64,000 nucleotides of DNA, from IMG/VR virus record IMGVR_UViG_3300003323_000328, positions 27,913 through 91,912 of that record, one strand, 5' to 3'. The position numbers and the translations under genes are program-made. Shown here one piece after another: positions 40,101 to 46,478 of the stretch. The notes under the pieces were generated by a model, which saw nothing but the letters and a program-made list of their open reading frames with translations, ran no database searches and was not told where the DNA came from. Source of the stretch: a virus. The stretch's first letter is position 1. Each line of letters starts with the position of its first letter.

Positions 40101-41970
40101 TAAAACTAACAATAATTTTATAGAGGGTATTTCAGTTTTAGATACAGAATCTATAACTAATAAATTACAAGATCCTATTACAGGTAAACCTCTTTTAAAT
40201 CTTAATGTTAGATATTTAAATTCTTTAAGTCCTGAAGAAAGAACTTATGACTTAGAAAAAGTACTTAATACTTTTGCTACGGAAGCATTAAACTTTAAAC
40301 ATAAGTCTACAGTTGAAGATAGTATTAGACTAGCTCAATCTATTCTGGAACAAAGTCTTGAAGTTGTTAAATCTCCTAGAGGAGATGCAATGATTAATAG
40401 ATTTGGTGAAGTTATTAAAGTTAAGGATGGAAAAGCTCTCCAAGAACAAATGGAGTATGCTATTGAAGCTTTTTACGGACAACGTAAAGTTACTCAAGGT
40501 ATAACAAGTAAAAAAGTTTATACTAACAAAGCTAAGACTAAAGTAGATAAACTTAATAAAGAAATAGAATCTAAAGAGAAATATAGTACTGAAACTAAAG
40601 AGTTTATAAATGAATTAAAAGTTAAATATCCTCATTTAGTAACTCAAGATTTAGATGCTATACCTCTAAAAGAAGCTGCTAATAAATATTTAAAAGATAA
40701 TACAAGATTTATAGCAGGAAGTAAATTAGGAGATTCTTTATTGCAGTATATGCAATTAAAAGGTATGGGTTGGAATATATTTAGTTCTATTACTAACGTT
40801 GTTTTCGGTTGGATGTCTAATCTAACCTATGCTTCTGGTGGAGTTGATTTTACAGTAGATCAAATGCTTAAAGCTAATAGAATTATGCTTGGAGCCACTG
40901 GTAGAGCATTTGGTGTAAGTAATCCAATTGGAAGAAAAGTTAATAGATTAATGGATAAGTATAATGTTCTAGGAGAACTTAATGATGCAAGTTATAATGG
41001 AGTAACTAATTTTAAGAGAGTTAAAAAAGGTATTGAAAATTTATCACCCTATGAATTACAAAGAAAAGGTGAGTATTTTGTTCAAGGTATGACTATGGTA
41101 GCTACTATGCTTAATACTAAAGTAATGGTTAATGGTGTAGAAACTACTTTATGGAATGCTTATGATAATGATGGAAATTTCTTAGGAGATAATAAGAGTG
41201 ATTGGGAAGGCGATCTTAATAATAAAGCACATAATAAAGAATATTTTAAATTTTCTAACAAAGTCGATCAAATTAATAAAACTATTCATGGTAATTATGA
41301 TGTTAATTCACCTGTAAGAATTAAAAAAGGTGTTTTAGGTAGAGCACTTTTACAATTTAGATCATGGATTGCCGAAGGAGTTGCTTCAAGATTAGAAAAT
41401 GAAAAATATGATTTACTTTTAGGTAGAAAAAGAAAAGGTAGATGGAGAACTTATAGTGATCTAGGTTTTAAAGAAAGTCTTAGAGGTTTATTACGTATAG
41501 CTAGAGGTAAGAAACTAGATAATTTACGTAGTGATATCGATGCTACTATTGCTACTGAAAATATGAAAAGAAACTTAGCTGAAATCTATCAGTATAGTAT
41601 TCTTCTTGCTCTAGCTTATACTCTTATGGGCTTAGATTTAGACGATGATGATGAATATGGTAAAAAAGCTGTTAATCTTACTGTTAACCAGTTGCTTAGA
41701 TTACAAGATGATATAGAATTTTATTATAGTCCATTAGCTATAGAAAATATAGCTCAAAATGCATTACCTGTATTTACTTTAGTAAGAGATGGTGCTAGAT
41801 TTTTAGATGCTATTGAGAAAGGATTTATTGAGGGAGAATGGGATTATAAAACAGGTAAAAAAGCTGGTGAAAGTAGAATACTATGGACAGGAGCTAAAGT
41901 ATTTCCTTTTGGTAGTAGTATGGCTTCATTTATCAACAAAACAGAAAACGAAGAAAGTTTTAGAAACTAG
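31183..41970 (+). CDS. virion-packaged double-barrel RNA polymerase polyprotein with zincin-like domain
   Basis: catalytic MGSDFDVDK (35869-35883) preceded by GFRIPNQG; TDAQEF; HEVVH at 38164; 3595 aa. Confidence 0.9.
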   Translation: MKCPVKSTPDWKALVDLVGEDTAYAIYVKNNEEIPDPKDFQNYINYNLRVVTALNSDKVREPKNNKEGFLNDLIKQGVPKDQLNLVENSLDSVETKEDLKEQLILSTVSGIETAVTTDKSGNPTSVYKDLNVPGGKNYKEVEIRTPDLISPIRGHAEFSTKKGIGWFRADEKENDSSIRRVLEVQSDLFQKRRKSLKNSLLNLLNNDNNWVSFFVRSIIQDSFKKGYNKVLFPSGNTANKVEGQETVDGFVETTTKRLNDIKERKSAFEQTYKKEIKQNDVSTFTHNNEYYMRKPRSKTNSKITYEKNSNNKTISITADQFANAYKEFVVSQFDTEIEALEKELKDVQEGRVPFVAINKFYQDTIKNTLKKRGYNPTEITDEHANTWFEVNTNNTPIAFSPSEQTIEQIYSDLVIPGFSAYTQNEAVNHIAEQVIISIDTTPGISFNQAISKFVNYAEDQILTGNEKYEPIVENIDKFRQLVLERLNRIGLLHKTPIDENDQLTIEGDDVSDSFYWEDDWVFKYNSKMNAQETIKKFLTFIPKTTYEDGEYYEVENYLGTLSFIPYDEVFEDLKAILADTPNNWEAMRTKLEDIQTTKPWIFNLLFQMNNYEGDRQQLINQFVTSFSSTYSNFKTLLWDEDNGTYEFKLIDTDQNSVVKNLLFKWQNNFYTVNVEVGEVISELEKLKDNKDVNRIRKFFTSIGIDITTQTVQDLIDGKVGNLTYEQHFTSTDKGLFNLIKSRLAGRNSNGLDQEDVINPVINNSAIRNLANTEYLYNNTLYSNSLRNGEGNTVYSYSFNKFITKQFQRLQDNDYVTKYSNITFNSPIIRDGQPLYKTWLYELKHNPSFKDTFSISPFDTVKESGREGTKLSKMTDIDLELTKLQLFQNKGNTKKGVGRIANYLFTVPGKTTSYIFTAPVLDIVVSNKKLGKTTKDAIYSIALTELSRINNSFGKDITNTRYKNGSKFFYFFPSLNKKTTPEIWNTDGTVKLPTTNVNGKTVESIIREKIEAAITNDINNKISEWNDIGFIKDGELIYTDKSYKQGTKTDPFLAAADYIVNNTLFEFNLHQTFIGDPALYYKKSPEDTWDEIGKRLAAQIAPGKDLSLFSPTEDFISVKVKDREGDIALNIAELKKILKDEAAPYESLNGTDAQEFTTLPEALLVKYRLGNITSEVYNNILNRIKKDKDNLVLTEQELNTVLQPDKPVYVSTDILTDQDVVSLEYVKSSSIPLLPQFTKGLELDKLRKAMEKLETEKGKPVRLAFDSATKVGGVPSISIFNEDGTIKSDLDLSNNYKVLTRDGFRIQQDVPYDPNYEEVVKSTQATKLLFDSILETSGFNYKGSDYTGKQLKDVWNNLHKQLFEGSAATLQKDITLPDGSLDSQKIQQILAEEAVKREYTPAEIASLSILPDGRFEFPFWALNSSKKFESIITSLYTNRVVKQKMHGSSYVLVSEEGTQGKSKGIVYTSNYEGKLKPMRVENGVVKGAQVLIPWKFKADINKFITDGVIDNTKVPEEVLEQFGFRIPNQGHNSMSLIEVVGFLPPVMGDIVVASRNFITQMGSDFDVDKLYVYDYFVNIDDKVSKQDNIKNDILDIHKTVLKNPKVFKSAVTPLGNVKDSESAKYLKSIYKQSIENRLSPDYKKAKYLESIDGKAMVGIESLASTLNTILQEKDIYIQKPIKADRKTVYVKDYITFGDDKGSTILLNNLSSPLTWRGNSKNSVISADQSAAVDNEKDPTLSYINSNPITAPARTALRQLGLEADHLNYFMAQDVVRSFTKQVRAKRSFLSSFSNNIEETILANLINDTRKAYLNTLSDSDKVSYTDDSLLDTKLTQNQLKKNLTEKSLYIDLQVLLRFAKAYKIGKDLNTIQNAINIESGGVGKSVLEVANKNKRINNLSNINYVANVTTLLGDMKESGLVPNTYSGYAVTNSVLLANDTFSKPNDFFKYGTRSFKQVLEEFTDITDNIPSVDQTEVLWNGLKSFVFANKISDRRKDLFLGKEALAHKIKEFIKTKEGRTNQFLLRLSFDTKPNQPQLISYNAAKEEYVDEINIYRGFLDLLVSPNETTKQLGRDLVDYFYLNGGIQQAREWGKYIHPSYLKGTVYYSIFNETDFENLDTIGYEEGISKYTKQFFQHNPWYLPTLNLQSNEYKITEDTIELTDPLNVKKEYPLELNAKGEYPVIFSIKDSKSPKGHKIYVSIGNNKYQQINVLGATNFTEYNWTGESIIHKNYNKPTKKVAEVKNKPINDTKSVPTFSLAEYTGDVNKVLNNIKDPKYKALVDILKQRTYDNNIEFNTSLPQGGEYSLNNKTIYINPNKVKSVERTILHEVVHAATMRAFYSTDGLTESQINAVESLRKVRSSLRDKLIAGDFEDIGLKASELEEFETLFKETAKSKEQEKRMVELVPKYYGFYSDVEFISELFTREEFQNTLNNIKYDSNRSILDRIVNFITTILKELGVSSNTALEASIKDAVLLITDKKEKKSIFDLSRLNDVTAMSLSDFTNQEYRTLINKFEERLAFIDSSIVKAVIGNEPVRAEQLRARRTEVEQEFNEFKDNAVFEGVIKLANNDLKNVEEILKQPSISHNDINYTIRIIKQWQEASDFVLEESDVTDRNTRYKDIKKIEADASELYDLWIRVARNSLLLAVKEESGLQNLTQEVLTAQSKINTLTANLMDISRTGNIILSVMDKWMRESSKRASLEANAIHEETAKLVEGIKNTDLFKKEGYYLFAQRDNEDNLTGELVRPLNVEYYKNRNLLLEKASREDNKELRSIYWKDYFNWMRENHTFFDIRKLYKENNDGTYTYSPDTEYVDTLKKQFKEKFNNLIEEQKKKIELYNEKLGYKIQSVEGDPEANREIEKWKAANDPTIYLRNVVSGDYKQSIIDGIFVKNEGQEYVVKRANKTWEDIRYNKIQNQPELKAFYDYTVQTLNRLYSFIPTGFKEGITNATIPSIKKNLIEEYNEKGMNAAVTKTNNNFIEGISVLDTESITNKLQDPITGKPLLNLNVRYLNSLSPEERTYDLEKVLNTFATEALNFKHKSTVEDSIRLAQSILEQSLEVVKSPRGDAMINRFGEVIKVKDGKALQEQMEYAIEAFYGQRKVTQGITSKKVYTNKAKTKVDKLNKEIESKEKYSTETKEFINELKVKYPHLVTQDLDAIPLKEAANKYLKDNTRFIAGSKLGDSLLQYMQLKGMGWNIFSSITNVVFGWMSNLTYASGGVDFTVDQMLKANRIMLGATGRAFGVSNPIGRKVNRLMDKYNVLGELNDASYNGVTNFKRVKKGIENLSPYELQRKGEYFVQGMTMVATMLNTKVMVNGVETTLWNAYDNDGNFLGDNKSDWEGDLNNKAHNKEYFKFSNKVDQINKTIHGNYDVNSPVRIKKGVLGRALLQFRSWIAEGVASRLENEKYDLLLGRKRKGRWRTYSDLGFKESLRGLLRIARGKKLDNLRSDIDATIATENMKRNLAEIYQYSILLALAYTLMGLDLDDDDEYGKKAVNLTVNQLLRLQDDIEFYYSPLAIENIAQNALPVFTLVRDGARFLDAIEKGFIEGEWDYKTGKKAGESRILWTGAKVFPFGSSMASFINKTENEESFRN

Positions 41971-41999
41971 TATTCTTTTTTTGAAAAAATAGATAAAAG

Positions 42000-42030
42000 T
42001 AGGTTTTCCGCAGTGGAAAGCCTATTTTTA
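42000..42030 (+). terminator. intrinsic terminator after RNAP gene
   Basis: TAGGTTTTCC-gcagt-GGAAAGCCTA followed by TTTTT. Confidence 0.8.
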
Positions 42031-42034
42031 TTTT

Positions 42035-42757
42035 ATGGCAGTAACAAAAGTCCTTTGTTTAAGTGAACGCTACCAAGATTGTAGTAAGTTTACTATTACT
42101 GATGAATCAGTATATACTACTAGTGCTCCTGATAGACGTCAAGATATTGCTAATATTTTAGTAGGTGCTAAAATGGACGAAAATCAAGTTCTTGATTATA
42201 TTACTGGACTTGATAATAGCGAACCTTTAAGTCAGATAAGTTGGTTAATAACTAGCAAAGGAGATGGAGCATATAGATTCTTTTTAGTTGGGGTTCCTCT
42301 ATTTAATCCTGAAACTACTTATGTAAATCAAATAGTAAATGGTTCTGGAGCTATAACTCGCTATCCTAATATTATATATCATGTTGCATCTGAAACATAC
42401 TACAGAGCTATTTTTAGTTCTTTTAATGGTATAGAGCCTACAGTAACAGACGGATGGCAGACTTATTGGGAAGCTTATGATTTACTTACTAATATTCAAA
42501 CTTATTTAGCAAGTGATAAGTTTAGTACTTTAATACATGATGATGGTTTTTATTGTAATTATGAATCTTGCTTATTAAAAAAGATTGATTCTATTACTGA
42601 TAAAGAACTTTGTGGTATTTGTCCAGATAACGAAGCTTTTAATACTGTATTAAGAATGCAGTTTATGTTGGATGCAGCTAATAGTAATAACTGGCAAGAT
42701 AAAGCTACTAGAAGTGAAGTAATTATTAAAGAAGCCACTAAAAAATACTGCTGCTAA
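42035..42757 (+). CDS. putative tail hub / fibre-attachment protein
   Basis: first gene of fibre module; Cys-rich C-terminus (CGIC...KKYCC). Confidence 0.55.
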   Translation: MAVTKVLCLSERYQDCSKFTITDESVYTTSAPDRRQDIANILVGAKMDENQVLDYITGLDNSEPLSQISWLITSKGDGAYRFFLVGVPLFNPETTYVNQIVNGSGAITRYPNIIYHVASETYYRAIFSSFNGIEPTVTDGWQTYWEAYDLLTNIQTYLASDKFSTLIHDDGFYCNYESCLLKKIDSITDKELCGICPDNEAFNTVLRMQFMLDAANSNNWQDKATRSEVIIKEATKKYCC

Positions 42758-43863
42758 TGCTTGATCCTAAGTTAAAAGATAAACTTAATCAAGCCTATTC
42801 TAAAATAGGAGAGATTGGTTATCAATCTGCTCTCTCTTTAAGAAAAGGTAAAGATTTTACTACCAAGCAAAGAGAACTTTGGGAAAAAGGTATTAAAATC
42901 TGGACTATACTAAAGATACTTTTTAGACATGTAGATTTAGAAACAACTCCCCCTACTCTCTATAATATAACAGAAAAACAAGTTAATGAACTTGTTAGAT
43001 GTTTAGAAAAATTAGGTCAATTAGATGCTTTACCTATTGTACCTAAAATATTTCCAGGCTGTAAGCCAAATACTATTAATACTGGTGGAGGTAGTGGTAC
43101 AACTGGACCTGCCGGACCTGCTGGTAGTGATGCAAATATAGTTGTTCAACTTCAACCAGGTGAAACAGAATTAGAATTAGCTCAAACTACAGTGGGTGGA
43201 GTTAAAACATATACATTAGGATTTACTTTATATAAAGCTCCAGATGTATCTATTAGTTTTGCTGATCCACAAATTCATGAGAAAGGTACTGTAGTTTCTA
43301 CTAAAAATGTTACTTTAACTAGTGATAAAGGCAGTGAGAGTGTAACTGCTATGACTATTTTTGATTCTACTTTAAATGCACTTTTACAATCAATTATTAA
43401 TTTAACAACTATAAATGGTAACATACAACCAGTTATAAATGTTTTACCAGTTCCAGATGTATCTGATAGTCTATTAGTACAGGTTACTATTACAGACGGA
43501 ATAAATCCTTTTACTATAAGCAAAACACTACCATTTGTATATCCTATTTTGCATGGTAATAATGATAATACTAGTATAACTTATTATACTTCTTTAACTA
43601 AATTAATAGAAGAAAAAGGAACTAAGAATATATCTTTTAATGGTGATTATAAATATTTCTTTGTCTGTTATCCCGCTTCTTATGGAGATATTAAGATTTA
43701 TGACCATAATGAAATAGAAGTAACTAGTGAGTTTACTATAACTACTACAGATATTACAAGTACTGGATTAACTAATAACTGGACTACTAGTTATAAAATA
43801 TATAGAACTACTGATAAAACTACTATTAATAATAGATTATTTAGAATAGAATTTACAAGCTAA
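42757..43863 (+). CDS. tail fibre-associated adaptor (short collagen-like linker plus beta domains)
   Basis: GPAGPAG linker; C-terminus paralogous to 45713..46477. Confidence 0.6.
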   Translation: MLDPKLKDKLNQAYSKIGEIGYQSALSLRKGKDFTTKQRELWEKGIKIWTILKILFRHVDLETTPPTLYNITEKQVNELVRCLEKLGQLDALPIVPKIFPGCKPNTINTGGGSGTTGPAGPAGSDANIVVQLQPGETELELAQTTVGGVKTYTLGFTLYKAPDVSISFADPQIHEKGTVVSTKNVTLTSDKGSESVTAMTIFDSTLNALLQSIINLTTINGNIQPVINVLPVPDVSDSLLVQVTITDGINPFTISKTLPFVYPILHGNNDNTSITYYTSLTKLIEEKGTKNISFNGDYKYFFVCYPASYGDIKIYDHNEIEVTSEFTITTTDITSTGLTNNWTTSYKIYRTTDKTTINNRLFRIEFTS

Positions 43864-45716
43864 TGGCTGGAGAAATAATAAATCAGTGGGACCTAAAAAG
43901 AAAACTGCCTTTAGACAAAAGGCAGAGAGTTGCTGATCAAACTGCACGATTAGCCATTCAATATCTTTATAAAGGTCTTATTGTTAGACAAGCTGATACT
44001 GGACAACTATATTTATATATTGGAGATGAAACTAGTAATCTTACTGGAGATTGGGAGTTAATACAAAAACTATATACAGGAACTGGTGCTCCTTCCACAA
44101 CATTAGGAACTATTGGAGATATTCATATACATGAAACCACTAAAGTTCTTTCTAAAAAAACAGGTGCTACTACTTGGACAGCTTTATTTACCATAACTGG
44201 TGCTCAAATTTTTACAGGAACTGGTGCTCCTAGTGGAGGTACTGGCTTAGATGGAGATATGTACTTTAGAAGTAATGGAGATGTTTATCAAAAAGAGTCT
44301 GGAAGTTGGGCATTAAAATTTAATATAAAAGGAAGTAATGGAACTAATGGAGATACCTATGCAAGTACTTCTACAACTTCTATTAATTTAGGAACTGCTA
44401 CGGCTCCTCTTAGTTTAACTATTGGAACTGGAAAAGCTTATACAGTTGGACAAGATGTAGTAGTCGTAAGTAGAGCTGATAATGCAAATAAAGTAACTGG
44501 TTCTGTTGTAAGTTATAATTCTGGAACTGGAGCTTTAGTACTTAATGGGTTAACTATTACTGGAACTGGAACTCATACAGATTGGGATGTTAATTTATCA
44601 GGAGCACCAGGAGCTACTGGTTCTCAAGGAAAAGCCTTTATTCATATTGAATCTGATATTAATTTAACTCAAGCTAAAATAGTAACTATACAAGGAGGAA
44701 GTTGGACTCCTCAAGCACCTTGGTCAGCTTCAGTACTTAATGATACTAGAAGTCCAAGTGAATTAACAGCTACTGCTGGTATTCAAGGAAATAAGGCTGG
44801 ACATAGTATAGCTTATGATGGTACTAATTGGTATGATAATGGTACTTGGAGAGGAGCTACAGGAGCAACTGGTGCTACAGGAGCTGCTGGGGCAGATGGA
44901 GCAACTATAACTAATAACTATCTTCCTTTTGTTTATATGAGTACAGCAGTATTCAATACACAAACAAGAAGTATTATAGTTAATAGACCTCCTGGAGGTA
45001 GTCTTGAAATAGGTGGAAAATGTGATGTAGGAACTATTTTAATAGTAAATCCTCCTTCAGTCACTAGTATTGCAATTAGTACTAATGCAAATGCAGCTAT
45101 AATTGGAAGTGGAGATATTAGTACTATAAATCCTAGTACAATAAATGGATTATCTATAGGAGTTAATGAGAAAATAACTAGAATTGTATTTATTTGTGCT
45201 ACTAGAAGTGGAGATAACAATACATGGGAAATTTTATCTGCTGATAGACATAATCAATATAACACTCTAACAGTTAATTTACCTTCTCCTGTAGATTTTA
45301 GAAGCAAAGTTGTAGCAAATACACTTATAGGAACTAAACAAGGTATTAGATATAGTAATTCTTTTACTTGGACAAAACCAGCTACTAAGTTTGAAGAATC
45401 CAATATATTTTATGCTAGAATAATGTATACATTCTATGTAAATAGAGGTACAGTTACAGATACATCTGCTTTTGAGGCTCATTTAGAAGCTGATACAGAT
45501 AGTAGTGGCGTATGGACAGAAATTCCTACGAGTAAAATATACTTTACTGCTACGGATGATTATCAACAATATATGTTAGCACATAGTGATAATAGTGTAC
45601 CAGCAGGATCAACTAGAGCTTATAGATTAGTTTTAACAGCTCAAGGTGGTAGTGATGCTGCAACAATAAATGTATCTGCACAAGCTTATGGTGAATTATT
45701 AGTAATAAGAAAATGA
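43863..45716 (+). CDS. tail fibre protein
   Basis: two TGTGAPS..G..GD repeats; GATGATGATGAAGADG collagen-like run. Confidence 0.75.
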   Translation: MAGEIINQWDLKRKLPLDKRQRVADQTARLAIQYLYKGLIVRQADTGQLYLYIGDETSNLTGDWELIQKLYTGTGAPSTTLGTIGDIHIHETTKVLSKKTGATTWTALFTITGAQIFTGTGAPSGGTGLDGDMYFRSNGDVYQKESGSWALKFNIKGSNGTNGDTYASTSTTSINLGTATAPLSLTIGTGKAYTVGQDVVVVSRADNANKVTGSVVSYNSGTGALVLNGLTITGTGTHTDWDVNLSGAPGATGSQGKAFIHIESDINLTQAKIVTIQGGSWTPQAPWSASVLNDTRSPSELTATAGIQGNKAGHSIAYDGTNWYDNGTWRGATGATGATGAAGADGATITNNYLPFVYMSTAVFNTQTRSIIVNRPPGGSLEIGGKCDVGTILIVNPPSVTSIAISTNANAAIIGSGDISTINPSTINGLSIGVNEKITRIVFICATRSGDNNTWEILSADRHNQYNTLTVNLPSPVDFRSKVVANTLIGTKQGIRYSNSFTWTKPATKFEESNIFYARIMYTFYVNRGTVTDTSAFEAHLEADTDSSGVWTEIPTSKIYFTATDDYQQYMLAHSDNSVPAGSTRAYRLVLTAQGGSDAATINVSAQAYGELLVIRK

Positions 45717-46477
45717 GTTGTAAGAAAAAATATATAATTAAGGCTGATCCTCTTACAGGTATAGGACCTCAAGGTCCACAGGGTCCACAAGGACCTGCTG
45801 GTCCAGGTGTTATTCTTCCTTTATCTACAGATGATGTAGATTATAGAGGTTCTGTTTTAACTGATATTTTAGATCAACTTACTTATACAGCCTTAGTAAT
45901 AAATAGTTTTACAGCTAGTCCTACTAATTATGAAAAAGGACAGGTATTAACATCTGTTGCACTGGCTTGGGCTTATAATAAAGCTGTTACAAGTCAAGGT
46001 ATCACTGGAACCAACGTAGTTCCTCCAACTTTAAATGTTGGAGATAGAAATAAAGTAGTTACATTAAATAATGTTAGTGTTAATACTACTATTACTTTAA
46101 CAGCCGATGATAATGAAACTGATAGTCACTCTCCAAAAACTAGACAACTTACATTAGCATTTTTAGATAAACTTTATTGGGGAGTATCTACTATACCTGG
46201 ATCATATAACAGTGCCTTTGTTTTGGGACTTGCAAATAAAGTATTAGCATCTAGTAGACAAACTTCTTTTAGTTTATCTACTGGAGCTTCTGAGTATATT
46301 TATGTAGCAATACCTGCTGCTATGGGTACACCTACATTTAAGACCAATGGATTCTTTGGAGGTCTTTCTCTAGAAGCAAGTTTTAATTTGACCAATGCTT
46401 CTGGATACACAAGTAGCTATAATTTATATAGAACAGATAACGAAAGTTTAGGATTAACTGCTGTAGAGATTTTATAA
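45713..46477 (+). CDS. collagen-repeat tail fibre adaptor
   Basis: GPQGPQGPQGPAGP; YIYVAIP...YNLYRT domain. Confidence 0.65.
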   Translation: MSCKKKYIIKADPLTGIGPQGPQGPQGPAGPGVILPLSTDDVDYRGSVLTDILDQLTYTALVINSFTASPTNYEKGQVLTSVALAWAYNKAVTSQGITGTNVVPPTLNVGDRNKVVTLNNVSVNTTITLTADDNETDSHSPKTRQLTLAFLDKLYWGVSTIPGSYNSAFVLGLANKVLASSRQTSFSLSTGASEYIYVAIPAAMGTPTFKTNGFFGGLSLEASFNLTNASGYTSSYNLYRTDNESLGLTAVEIL

Positions 46478-46478
46478 T

